64,000 nucleotides of DNA from Sulfurospirillaceae bacterium (lineage in GTDB: Bacteria; Campylobacterota; Campylobacteria; Campylobacterales; Sulfurospirillaceae): NCBI GenBank assembly GCA_033723415.1, contig JAWVXD010000004.1:1-64000 (forward strand), written 5' to 3'. Position numbers and translations under genes: made by a program. Below, piece after piece: positions 1 to 9,266 of the stretch. Each line of letters opens with the position of its first letter. Position 1 is the stretch's first letter. The notes under the pieces are model-generated. The model saw only the letters and a program-made list of their open reading frames with translations. It was not told the DNA's origin and ran no database searches.

Positions 1-81
1 AAATTGCGTCCGAGGTGGGCAACTCGGACGCTCTTTCAAAAAATATATTCGTTCTATAAAAAGGAGGGTTGCGTCTTGGTA
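1..81 (-). ncRNA. Candidate small RNA (or 5' leader of a gene outside the window)
   Basis: TATAAT at 92-87 on minus; downstream ACCAAGACGCAACCCTCCTTTTT...GCGTCCGAG-TTGCCCAC-CTCGGACGC hairpin; no ORF. Confidence 0.5.
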
Positions 82-169
82 AAAGAATTATAGGATTGTT
101 TATTAAATGTGAAATTAATCTTTTTTAAACAAATAGTAAATTAGATGTATTTTGTCTTATTTGTGATAT

Positions 170-628
170 TTATAAATTTTTCCAGAAATTCTCTGCAGAC
201 TTTAGATCATCCTCGCTGAAGACAGCAATATTATGGCTTTTTAGGAGGCTAGCACTTACACCGTCATTTTTAACAAGCTTCTTACTAAAGCTTCCATCAT
301 AAATATATCCAACGCCGCAAGATGGACTTCTACTTTTTAATATAGCCATCTTTATGCCTTCTTCTTGTGCTAGATCATAAGCTTTAGAAGCACCTAAGTG
401 AAATTCTTTGGTTTTATCATCACCGTTTTTATCTATAGCTTTTTTACCTATAATTTCTACAGGCACTCTGGGAGTCGATAAACCTCCTAATATCTCAGGA
501 CATACAGGAACAAAAAGATCTAAATCCAATAAGTGTTTTATAAAAGGGTGATTACGGATATCATTGTTTGTGCCGTCATATTTTACATTTTCACCTAGTA
601 AACATGAGCTGATAAGGATTTTTTTCAC
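170..628 (-). CDS. DUF523 family protein (2-thiouracil desulfurase-like)
   Basis: ILISSCLLGENVKYDG, PVCPE..GGL..PR and ILKSRSPSCG motifs; likely GTG start at 628 rather than 691. Confidence 0.85.
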   Translation of the reverse strand: MKKILISSCLLGENVKYDGTNNDIRNHPFIKHLLDLDLFVPVCPEILGGLSTPRVPVEIIGKKAIDKNGDDKTKEFHLGASKAYDLAQEEGIKMAILKSRSPSCGVGYIYDGSFSKKLVKNDGVSASLLKSHNIAVFSEDDLKSAENFWKNL

Positions 629-644
629 GGATTTTGTTGTAGGT

Positions 645-661
645 GAGGGGCAAAGCCCCTC
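645..661 (-). terminator. GC-rich hairpin downstream of rpsI
   Basis: GAGGGGC-AAA-GCCCCTC perfect 7-bp stem; no clear U tract. Confidence 0.4.
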
Positions 662-712
662 CAAGTAAGTGAAATCGCCAGTATCTTGCAATACTTTAGC
701 AATCTCAATAAA

Positions 713-1102
713 TTATCTTTTAGAAAATTGTGGACTTCTTCTTGCTTTTCTTTTACCAAATTTCTTTCTCTCAACTATTCTTGAGTCACGAGTAAGTAAA
801 CCATAAGGCTTTAAAATAGTTCTGAAGTCTGCATCCATAGAAGCTAATGCTTTTGAAATTCCGTGTCTTAACGCATCTGCTTGTGCAGAATAACCACCAC
901 CGAATGTTGTAGCTTTAATATCTACAGCTTCTATTTGCTTTGTTAATTCTAGTGGTTGACGAACTCTTTTTTTGATAGTCTCTAAACCACCAAGCCATGC
1001 TTCAAAGTCAATACCGTTAACTATAATATTTCCGCTTCCAGGAGCTACCCATACTTTGGCAATAGCTGTTTTTCTTTTGCCTGTTGCATATACTTTTGCC
1101 AT
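713..1102 (-). CDS. rpsI: 30S ribosomal protein S9
   Basis: [12 protein letters not shown]-terminus, [11 protein letters not shown]-terminus. Confidence 0.99.
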   Translation of the reverse strand: MAKVYATGKRKTAIAKVWVAPGSGNIIVNGIDFEAWLGGLETIKKRVRQPLELTKQIEAVDIKATTFGGGYSAQADALRHGISKALASMDADFRTILKPYGLLTRDSRIVERKKFGKRKARRSPQFSKR

Positions 1103-1537
1103 CTATTTTCCTTCTAGCTTACTAATTTGAGCTGTGTGAGGATGCTCACTGCCAGCATAAACTTTAAGTTTTTTGATCATGTCTTTAGCGAGATTTGACT
1201 TAGGCAACATCCCTCTAACTGCTAGTTTATACAATTTTGCCGGATTATTTTTAAGTAGATCATCAAGCTTGTCGCTTCTTACTCCACCAAAATATCCAGT
1301 GTGCCTATGATACTGTTTTGTATCCAATTTATTTCCACTAAACTCAACTTTCTCTGCATTTATTATGACAACATAATCGCCACAATCAACATTTGGAGTA
1401 AAGTAAGGCTTATGTTTGCCTCTTAGAAGTGTTGCTACTTCAGTCAAGATTCTACCGAATCTCTTACCTGTAGCATCTACGATTATCCATTCGCGTTTTA
1501 CTTCGTTTGGCTTAATAGCAATTGTTGCTTTCATCAT
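1103..1537 (-). CDS. rplM: 50S ribosomal protein L13
   Basis: LRGKHKPYFTPNVDCGDYVVIINA; start at 1537 or 1534 after AAAGG. Confidence 0.98.
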   Translation of the reverse strand: MMKATIAIKPNEVKREWIIVDATGKRFGRILTEVATLLRGKHKPYFTPNVDCGDYVVIINAEKVEFSGNKLDTKQYHRHTGYFGGVRSDKLDDLLKNNPAKLYKLAVRGMLPKSNLAKDMIKKLKVYAGSEHPHTAQISKLEGK

Positions 1538-1615
1538 TTTTACCTTTGCCAAAATTATTTTGAAAGGTGATTGTAGTTAAATAAAACTTTTATTTAGCTT
1601 AAATTCAGTTAATTT

Positions 1616-4351
1616 TCAGCTTTTATCGCTTAAATTTATTATTTCACAACTTTCATGCTTCAAGTAACACAAATATGCCGAACACTTCTTTTTATATATA
1701 TCTTCAAGTGCTCTCTTATATAGTTCTACTTGTACCAAATGTGACTCGTAAGAAAAATTTGAAGTTTTATAGTCAAGTACGATAATTTCGCCTTCTTTTT
1801 CTATCAATAGATCAAGCTGTTTTCTCTCAGAATCATAATAAATCGGCTGCTCTTTATGTATCTTCCCGCCATCTATCAAAGATAAAAAGACCTTATCTTC
1901 CAAAAGACCAAGGACTCTATTTTTTATTTCAATCAGATCTTCTTCACTAAGAATCAAACCATATCTGTTTTTCAATGCATTATAAGCATCATCTACAAAT
2001 ACTTTATCAAATCCTCCTATGATCTCTAACATATAATGAAGTCCTAATCCAAAGTCAATAGAGTATATATCACCGCTTTTCATGTTTAAACTATCATTTT
2101 TCTCTTGCTTTTGACTTCCGTATTTTTCAGGAATATAAATATCTATGTCTTCTTGTATAGTAGTTTTTTCTTTTTCTTCAGATACAACGATTTTTCCTGT
2201 TTCATAAGATTGAAGATCAAGATTTTCAAATGCTGAATTTTTTTCTTTTGCAAATATGATCAGATTATTTTTTGCTCTTGTAAAAGCAACGTATTGAGCG
2301 TTCAGCAAATCCTCACCCTCATACACTTTCTCTTTCTCTTTTGCCAGAGCATAATCTGTGTCTACGTTTTCTCTGCCTTTGATCCTTAAAAATATGTTGT
2401 TTAGCTGAATTCCATCATAATCAAACAATAAAGTTTCAGTCGAATTTCTTGGTCGCTTCAGCCTATCCATAATTAAAACAGTTGGAAATTCCAATCCTTT
2501 GGATTTATGTATGGTTAGCACTCTTATACCTTGTTTATCTTTTGATATAGATGATTGAGTAAGCTTTGTGTAATTAAATACAAAATCTTCTACATCTTTA
2601 AAATTTCGACTTAACTCGGTAAAATACAGCAAATCTTCTTCATTATAAAATATCTCAAAATGATTTATAATATCCGTGATCAATTCAAAAACTTCTACAT
2701 TGATATTGAAATTCCATGGGGCATAGTTATCTAGACTCTTTGCACATGCAATTTCAAAATTTTTAAGATAGATCTCTTCATCAAAATACAAATAAAAAAT
2801 AAAATCAATAATTCCACTGATTATGGGTATATTTATAAGCTTCTGCTTTGCTTCCATAGTGACTTTTATGCCTTCGATCTCATGTTTTATAGCATCTTTT
2901 ATACTTAGTGCCTCACTGTTGGTAAAACACAAAATAGCAATATCACTTTCTAATATTCCATCAGATAACAAAGATTTCAAATTTGATATAAAGTTATCTA
3001 TCAGATTTTCACTAAAATCTACTTTTACAAATCCATCAGGTTTCTCAGGATGCGGGTTTTGTTTCTTGTAGCCTGTGATCTTATCCATAAAGATATTGTT
3101 TACAAAATTAACTACATTATGTGAACTTCTATAATTTGTGTCTAACACACCCTTTTGCAAATGCATCGAATCGGCAGCATACGAAAATAACTCTTTTGAG
3201 CCTCCTCGAAACCTATAGATCGATTGTTTTGTATCACCTACTATAAAGAGCGACCTATGCTCTTGTGTGCCTTTACCTGCTACGATCTCTTCCATAAACG
3301 GCTCTATGATCTTGTACTGTACTATACTTGTATCTTGAAATTCGTCGATCAAAAGATGAGTAAAATTTCCATCCATCCTAAAATACAAAAAATCTTTGGA
3401 AATTTCATCTTTTAAAATTGAATAGAGTCTATTTGTCATATCTAAAAAGCTCAGTTTTGATTTGTTTTTTGCTTCATCATACATGGCTTGTTTGAATGCA
3501 GAATATTGCTTGGCTATCTCTCTTAATATATATGCTTCTTTTTCTTTTGCGTATAAAACAAGTTCTGATTTTAGAGTTTTATGTAGAGTGTTTATATTGT
3601 CGTCTGCATATTTTTTGTAACTCCAGTAATTAAAATCTTCCTTTGATATGAAACCTTTATCCAGTAATTCATCTATATTTGACACATCAAATGTTTTTAA
3701 CAGCTTTTCGCTAAGTCCATTTTTTGCAAAATGATATTTTATATCTTCCAGTATCTTCCATATAATCTGTTCTTTTGTGTATGAAGATGTAAGAGTCTGT
3801 ACAAAATTCACCATATCCAACTCACACTCTTTTTCATAGATGGTTTTAAATAAACTAAAAATATCTTTTATTTTTTTGTTTTCTCTGACAGAAAATAATA
3901 TCAACGATTTATATAGACCTTGTTTTTGACATATTTTGACAAATCTCTCTATCAATTCATCATCTATTAGTTCTTCATCAATAGAAAAATCCGGCATCAA
4001 ACCTATATTGAAAGAGAATTTTCTTAAGATAGATGAGAAGAAGGAGTCAATAGTCGAGATTTTTATGTCACTGTTAAGAAAAAGTTTTAAGATCTTTGGC
4101 TTTTTACTCAATATCTTGTCAGTGCTTATTTTTGTTAATCGTGAAATTTCATGCAGTTCATTTGAGTCTTCTAAATTCTTTAAGGTCTCAAAGATTTTGA
4201 CTTTCATCTCCAATGCCGCTTTATTTGTAAAAGTAAGAGTTAGTATCTTATTTGGATTTACTCCAAGATACATCAAAGATATATATCTCACGCTCAATGC
4301 AAAAGTCTTTCCGCTCCCGGCACTGGCTTCTAAAGCTAAATACGGCAACAT
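1616..4351 (-). CDS. addA: AddA/RecB-like helicase-nuclease
   Basis: ASAGSGKT Walker A, LIDEFQDT, VGDTKQSIYRFRG, TIHKSKGLEF, C-terminal DLL...LDYKT nuclease. Confidence 0.92.
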   Translation of the reverse strand: MLPYLALEASAGSGKTFALSVRYISLMYLGVNPNKILTLTFTNKAALEMKVKIFETLKNLEDSNELHEISRLTKISTDKILSKKPKILKLFLNSDIKISTIDSFFSSILRKFSFNIGLMPDFSIDEELIDDELIERFVKICQKQGLYKSLILFSVRENKKIKDIFSLFKTIYEKECELDMVNFVQTLTSSYTKEQIIWKILEDIKYHFAKNGLSEKLLKTFDVSNIDELLDKGFISKEDFNYWSYKKYADDNINTLHKTLKSELVLYAKEKEAYILREIAKQYSAFKQAMYDEAKNKSKLSFLDMTNRLYSILKDEISKDFLYFRMDGNFTHLLIDEFQDTSIVQYKIIEPFMEEIVAGKGTQEHRSLFIVGDTKQSIYRFRGGSKELFSYAADSMHLQKGVLDTNYRSSHNVVNFVNNIFMDKITGYKKQNPHPEKPDGFVKVDFSENLIDNFISNLKSLLSDGILESDIAILCFTNSEALSIKDAIKHEIEGIKVTMEAKQKLINIPIISGIIDFIFYLYFDEEIYLKNFEIACAKSLDNYAPWNFNINVEVFELITDIINHFEIFYNEEDLLYFTELSRNFKDVEDFVFNYTKLTQSSISKDKQGIRVLTIHKSKGLEFPTVLIMDRLKRPRNSTETLLFDYDGIQLNNIFLRIKGRENVDTDYALAKEKEKVYEGEDLLNAQYVAFTRAKNNLIIFAKEKNSAFENLDLQSYETGKIVVSEEKEKTTIQEDIDIYIPEKYGSQKQEKNDSLNMKSGDIYSIDFGLGLHYMLEIIGGFDKVFVDDAYNALKNRYGLILSEEDLIEIKNRVLGLLEDKVFLSLIDGGKIHKEQPIYYDSERKQLDLLIEKEGEIIVLDYKTSNFSYESHLVQVELYKRALEDIYKKKCSAYLCYLKHESCEIINLSDKS

Positions 4352-4352
4352 A

Positions 4353-6695
4353 TTAATTTTGCCTTAAACATATTTTATTGTAAGGGCAATATACACAATT
4401 GCTCTCTTTTTCGCATAGATCAAACTCAGTGATAGGCTTTTTAAAGTCTTTTAATATATTTTTAAGTATTTCTACTTTTTCATTTAAAAAAACTTCTTCT
4501 AAAAGCTTGCCCTCTTTTAGATCATAATAATAAGCACTATCTACATTTCCTAAACTACTTGCTAGAATGTAATAAAATTCCAATTGAAAATTATTGTCTG
4601 TTTCTAGATTTTTTTTCAATAAATCTTTTGTGTCTCCACTCTTATAATCTATCACGTACAACTGATTATCGTTTTTATCTATCCTGTCTATTTTCCCGTA
4701 CAGATTGAAACCGCTAAAGTTCAAACTTAAACTCTCTTCTTTCTTGTAAATTCTGTATCCCTCAATATATCTTTCCGACTCGTTTTTTGCAAATTTTTTT
4801 AGATTTTCCAGCCATACATCAACATAAAATTTGTCCAAAGTATTTGAGATGTCTTTGTGCAGAGATTGTGCTAGCAACTCATGTAATCTTTTTTCATCGC
4901 CCAAAATAGATTGATCTGAAAAAGCTCTATCCAAGGCATTGTGTAATAACAACCCTATCTTAGCATTTGATTCAGTAGTCGCATTTTTAGGATCGTCAAT
5001 TTTTTGTATGTATCTATAATAAAATTTTCTTCTGCAAGTCAGTAATGTATTTAATTTTGTTGCAGATAATGGATATTGATCAAGTTCATATGAGACATTT
5101 TCAATTTTATACGTTTGCATATCAGAATACGCAGATCTTTTAAATAAATTGATATTGTAGCTATTCCCACTTTCCAAATTTTTATATTTCAATCCTAATT
5201 CATCCAAAAATCTAGATGGCATTTCTAGTTCATTTTGCAGGCAGGATATAGATATTTTTTGCGCCGATGAAAAGAGCTTATGATAGTAGTATCTTTGCAA
5301 ATTTTCTCTGTCATTTATTGTTGGTAATGAAAGGTTATTCCTTATCTTTGTGTTTAAAAATAGATCTTTATTGTTTATCTTTGGCACAAAGCTATCATTG
5401 AAATCAGGAACTATAACTCCCTTAAAAGAGCTTCCTCTTGTTTCCAGTAAACCAAGAACCGTGATGTTACCGCCGGAGATATCATCTTCACTTTCATTGC
5501 TTAAACGGTTTAAAAACAGTTTTAAAATTTGTTCTAAGCTATATAGTTTTATTTTGGATAAAAAGTTGGAAAATCTAAAAATAATTTCTTGAAATTTTTC
5601 GCTTTCTGCTTCTTTTGGCTCCAATGCACATATTTCATTTATGATTGATATAGACTCGGAAAAATCAAGCTTCTTTCTCCACACATCATCTATCTTAGAT
5701 ATAAGTTCATCAGGGATCTGCAATCTTTTTAATCTCAGTTTATCTTCATCTTCTCTTTTTGTTGCATATAACTCTATGGCTTCGATTCTTTTATATAATT
5801 TTGAATTTCTTAAAGAAAAACCCATAGCAAAATTCAGATTCTTTGACTTATCAAATTTCTTTAAAAATGGAGCAAAACTTTCATCAGGTAAAACTACGAC
5901 AATATCTTCAGGTTTCAGACCATCTTTGACAAATTCGGCAATTGATGAGAAAATAAATCCAACTTGTGCCAATCTAGCATTAAAAACTCTTATTTTGGCG
6001 TTTAATTCCCTATCCTGTGTTTTTCTCTGCTCAAGTATCTTACCATTACTCAAGTCGATCATGTAATAATGTCCGATTGTCAGCTCAAATCCTAGTTTTT
6101 CAAAAGTTTTTTTTAGTTTGCTATTGTAATTATTTAGCTCAAAACTAAGATACACTGGAATAATTTGTGATGTTTTCAAAAAAAGATCTGTCTCAAAACT
6201 ACTCAAAAATCCATCTATCCTGATGTGTATTTCATCAAGACTTGATATATAATCTTCATTTAGTTTGTACAGATCCTGTAAATTTATCTTATCTACGTAA
6301 GAGTGAGTATCAAGAAGTCTTTTGTACTCATTCAATAGAAATTCTAAAATATCCAAATGCTCTTCATATTCGGCGTAGAAATCAAGGTTTCGTATATCAT
6401 CTATAGTAATGTTTTCATTTGCCAATTCTTCAAACAGACCAAATAGATATTTTGAATGATTTAAAAATATAAGGAAATTTTGATCAAATTGAAGTTTTTT
6501 AAAATCTTTAAAGTCTGATGCTTCGTGTAACAATAAAAATCTAGTATCATTATCAATAAAGATTCTATTTTCTATTATTATCGCTCTTGATTCAAAGTCG
6601 GCAATTGTTATAGATTTTGGGAGTATCGCATTTTGTTCACTAAATGCTGAGTAAAATTCTCTTACTCCCCTGTTCGTAGAAAATATTTCAACCAT
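4353..6695 (-). CDS. addB: AddB-like PD-(D/E)XK nuclease with Fe-S cysteines
   Basis: GKIDRID...IDYKSG, C-terminal C..CPY...C; adjacent to addA. Confidence 0.88.
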   Translation of the reverse strand: MVEIFSTNRGVREFYSAFSEQNAILPKSITIADFESRAIIIENRIFIDNDTRFLLLHEASDFKDFKKLQFDQNFLIFLNHSKYLFGLFEELANENITIDDIRNLDFYAEYEEHLDILEFLLNEYKRLLDTHSYVDKINLQDLYKLNEDYISSLDEIHIRIDGFLSSFETDLFLKTSQIIPVYLSFELNNYNSKLKKTFEKLGFELTIGHYYMIDLSNGKILEQRKTQDRELNAKIRVFNARLAQVGFIFSSIAEFVKDGLKPEDIVVVLPDESFAPFLKKFDKSKNLNFAMGFSLRNSKLYKRIEAIELYATKREDEDKLRLKRLQIPDELISKIDDVWRKKLDFSESISIINEICALEPKEAESEKFQEIIFRFSNFLSKIKLYSLEQILKLFLNRLSNESEDDISGGNITVLGLLETRGSSFKGVIVPDFNDSFVPKINNKDLFLNTKIRNNLSLPTINDRENLQRYYYHKLFSSAQKISISCLQNELEMPSRFLDELGLKYKNLESGNSYNINLFKRSAYSDMQTYKIENVSYELDQYPLSATKLNTLLTCRRKFYYRYIQKIDDPKNATTESNAKIGLLLHNALDRAFSDQSILGDEKRLHELLAQSLHKDISNTLDKFYVDVWLENLKKFAKNESERYIEGYRIYKKEESLSLNFSGFNLYGKIDRIDKNDNQLYVIDYKSGDTKDLLKKNLETDNNFQLEFYYILASSLGNVDSAYYYDLKEGKLLEEVFLNEKVEILKNILKDFKKPITEFDLCEKESNCVYCPYNKICLRQN

Positions 6696-6717
6696 AATGA
6701 GGCATTATGTTAGAATA

Positions 6718-7212
6718 TTATTTTGCTGCATATACTTCGTAAGTGTCATACCCATCAAATTTATTTACTTTTATATTGGTCAAAAGCTTCCATCTACCTA
6801 GCTTATTTATCTTTATATTTGTAAAAATATACTGACCTTTTTCAACTTTACTAGGTTTAATAAATTGGTTAAACTCATTTGTTTCGGGTCTTGTAACTAG
6901 CAATGTAATATCAGCATTATTTACTAGCTTATTGGTTTTTTTATTATGTAGCTCTATATAAAAACTGTTTAACCCTGTTTTCAACTTTTTCGAAGAATAA
7001 GTTATATTAAAATTGTTATCAAATTTTATTTTTTCATTCATCAATTTGTTTATATTTTTGTCAACTTTTTGGTATTTTTCCATAAAATAAGTGTCTTCTT
7101 GCACTGGATTATGTATAGCTAAATTTACAGTATATGCTCCACCTGCAACAACTGCCAGTATCATCCCAATGATTCCCTGCGGCCAATAATTTCTATTTTT
7201 TTTCTTACTCAT
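6718..7212 (-). CDS. FixH/CcoH-like cbb3 oxidase maturation protein
   Basis: N-terminal YWP+TM helix, TRP...GRW motif; downstream of ccoP. Confidence 0.7.
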   Translation of the reverse strand: MSKKKNRNYWPQGIIGMILAVVAGGAYTVNLAIHNPVQEDTYFMEKYQKVDKNINKLMNEKIKFDNNFNITYSSKKLKTGLNSFYIELHNKKTNKLVNNADITLLVTRPETNEFNQFIKPSKVEKGQYIFTNIKINKLGRWKLLTNIKVNKFDGYDTYEVYAAK

Positions 7213-7213
7213 A

Positions 7214-7837
7214 TTAAAACTGCCTTTTTCTTGTTCTAGCTATAAAATATCTGACAATTATAAACAACAAAAACAGATAAATTGATATTTTGACAAAAAA
7301 TACAATATCTCTATTTGTGCTTCCTATTCCGCTTGTTAATTTCACGTCTTTACTACTAGCAATCTGTTCTACCAGATCAGCATACCCGTTTAACATAGCA
7401 GCACTAACACTCACATTTTGTTTTTTACCAACAAGAAGAGGTATTATACTCCCGCTCCATGGATAAGGAGATAATATCTGTGCTTTATCAAAAGCCTTGC
7501 TAATATCAGGTGAACTTATGATATCTACCTTTTGCTCTTTTAGTGTAATCATCAAAACAACAAAGGGTGATTTCTTGCCTTGTGTAATATGCTTTTCAAA
7601 ATCAAACAGACTAGAATTATTAATATCTTTAATTGCGTATAAATAGGCTCTAACTCCGGTTTTTGCCAGAAGTTCATTGCCCATTTGTTCCATTTTTACT
7701 TCAGTTTTATTGATCAAAACTCCATCATTAAAGATAAGTTTTTCTGCATACGCAGAAGTTGTTGATAAGAAAAGTGTTGATAAGAAAAGTGCAAAAAGAA
7801 TAAACTTTTTGCACTTTAATAGATGTATACTTATCAT
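7214..7837 (-). CDS. Exported membrane-anchored protein (TPM-like fold possible), cco-associated
   Basis: Signal peptide, C-terminal TM, NGYADLVEQIA; position in cco downstream cluster. Confidence 0.6.
   Translation of the reverse strand: MISIHLLKCKKFILFALFLSTLFLSTTSAYAEKLIFNDGVLINKTEVKMEQMGNELLAKTGVRAYLYAIKDINNSSLFDFEKHITQGKKSPFVVLMITLKEQKVDIISSPDISKAFDKAQILSPYPWSGSIIPLLVGKKQNVSVSAAMLNGYADLVEQIASSKDVKLTSGIGSTNRDIVFFVKISIYLFLLFIIVRYFIARTRKRQF
7760..7789. repeat. Exact 15-bp tandem duplication
   Basis: TGTTGATAAGAAAAG x2, encodes LFLST-LFLST. Confidence 0.9.
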
Positions 7838-7939
7838 CTAACCAACATAAAGATGATTAGAAGTTAAAACTGCAAAGGCTGTTACAACAGCCAGAACAAT
7901 CAAACCAATTGTTATGATTTTGTCCATATTTTCTGCCAT
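7838..7939 (-). CDS. 33-aa single-TM small protein MAENMDKIITIGLIVLAVVTAFAVLTSNHLYVG
   Basis: AAGGAG SD, ATG at 7939, TAG at 7838-7840 abutting the next start; below ORF-track cutoff. Confidence 0.8.
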   Translation of the reverse strand: MAENMDKIITIGLIVLAVVTAFAVLTSNHLYVG

Positions 7940-7948
7940 AATATCTCC

Positions 7949-8164
7949 TTATCTTTCAATCACTTTAAATTTTGCGTTATTTTTATCTCGCATCTTTAAA
8001 CTGCTAATATTTTTAATTGTATATGGTTTATTAGCAACTTCTCTTTGCGCTGAAATTCCTTTAACTGTAAGAAAAGCAAGTATACTAAGCAGTAAAACTG
8101 TTGCAATCAACATGCCTGCAACTCCGTTTAGTCCAAAAACGTTTCTATTAGTATTTTCTTCCAT
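7949..8164 (-). CDS. DUF4006 family small membrane protein
   Basis: NRNVFGLNGVAGMLIATVLLLSIL; directly after ccoP. Confidence 0.8.
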   Translation of the reverse strand: MEENTNRNVFGLNGVAGMLIATVLLLSILAFLTVKGISAQREVANKPYTIKNISSLKMRDKNNAKFKVIER

Positions 8165-8175
8165 ATTTAATCCCC

Positions 8176-9024
8176 TTATTTGTGTAGAGACTCAACGTAG
8201 GTGCCAACAGCTGTTTTTTGAACCTTTGTTAGTCTTCCATCGTTAAATGCCGGCATATCGCCTATAAAGCCTTTTTTGCCATGATTTAGTACACTAACAA
8301 CAAAGCTAGCCTTGCCGAAATTTACTAGAGATGGAGCACTTCCACCCATTCCTTTTCCATCCATACCATGACAAGCTGCACAAGTTGCCCACAAAGACTT
8401 TCCTGTTGCTACTAGCTCTGGATGTTTGGAATTGCCCAATTTCGCAATATCTTGAACGACATAAGCTGCAACTGCTTTAGCTCCATTGGCATCAAGTAGT
8501 CCTGCCGGCATCTCGCCAAGAGGATAACCTTGTCCTTTTGAGCCATTTAATACAGTATCAACTATTAATTGTTCTGTTCCTCTTTTTGTCAAATCTGCTG
8601 CTTTTCCTTGCATACCATCTCCGGTAATACCATGACAAGGTGCGCACTGAACTAAGAAAACGCCTTCACCCATACCCATAAGTGTTGCATGATCCGGATT
8701 TGCCCATTTATTTTCAAATTTCTGATTATAGTGAGAAACTTCATTGTTATACTGACCAATTTGTGAGAATGTTCCTAATGGATAACCAACGAAGAAATAC
8801 CAAAGTGCCCAGATTATCGTACCAAGGAAAGATAATGCCCAACCTATTGGTAGAGGGTTTTTATATTCTCCAACACCGTCCCAATCATCTCCCGTTAATT
8901 CTCCACCGCTTGTGTCAGATTTTATTTGCTTAATATACTTTCCGACTATACCGATGGTAAGAATTATAATTGCTGCTGCACCGGCAAGTGCTAACACGTT
9001 TACATTGTCATTCAGCCAATTCAT
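8176..9024 (-). CDS. ccoP: cbb3-type cytochrome c oxidase subunit III
   Basis: Two CxxCH motifs (CAPCH, CAACH), WDG..EY.NPLP.GW. Confidence 0.96.
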   Translation of the reverse strand: MNWLNDNVNVLALAGAAAIIILTIGIVGKYIKQIKSDTSGGELTGDDWDGVGEYKNPLPIGWALSFLGTIIWALWYFFVGYPLGTFSQIGQYNNEVSHYNQKFENKWANPDHATLMGMGEGVFLVQCAPCHGITGDGMQGKAADLTKRGTEQLIVDTVLNGSKGQGYPLGEMPAGLLDANGAKAVAAYVVQDIAKLGNSKHPELVATGKSLWATCAACHGMDGKGMGGSAPSLVNFGKASFVVSVLNHGKKGFIGDMPAFNDGRLTKVQKTAVGTYVESLHK

Positions 9025-9052
9025 TTTTAACGCTCCTATTTATCTTTAATGA

Positions 9053-9256
9053 TTATTTTGTGGATACTTGTTTTTCTACCGGCTTATCATCAATATCGTC
9101 GTGCAGTGCCAAATTAGAGTACTTCTCATAATTTTGAACACCATCTTTTTCTGACTTGTAAAGATGATAAATATAAGCATAGAGTCCTATTGTTAAAATA
9201 AAAATCATAGCAACATAACTATAACCCTGCACTAGCCTCATAAATTCCATATCCAC
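9053..9256 (-). CDS. ccoQ: cbb3-type cytochrome c oxidase subunit IV
   Basis: Small TM protein, YIYHLY...YEKYS.LAL.D; between ccoO and ccoP. Confidence 0.9.
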   Translation of the reverse strand: MDMEFMRLVQGYSYVAMIFILTIGLYAYIYHLYKSEKDGVQNYEKYSNLALHDDIDDKPVEKQVSTK

Positions 9257-9266
9257 AACTAATTCC

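Noticed and set aside
629..691. N-terminal extension of the DUF523 ORF
   Set aside because: Runs through the post-rpsI hairpin; family-like sequence starts at GTG 628
2823..6066. Plus-strand ORFs antisense to addA/addB
   Set aside because: Shadow frames rich in Ser/Ile/Phe, with no motifs or SD
7914..8246. 110-aa plus-strand ORF
   Set aside because: Antisense to DUF4006/ccoP, which have clear SDs and family motifs
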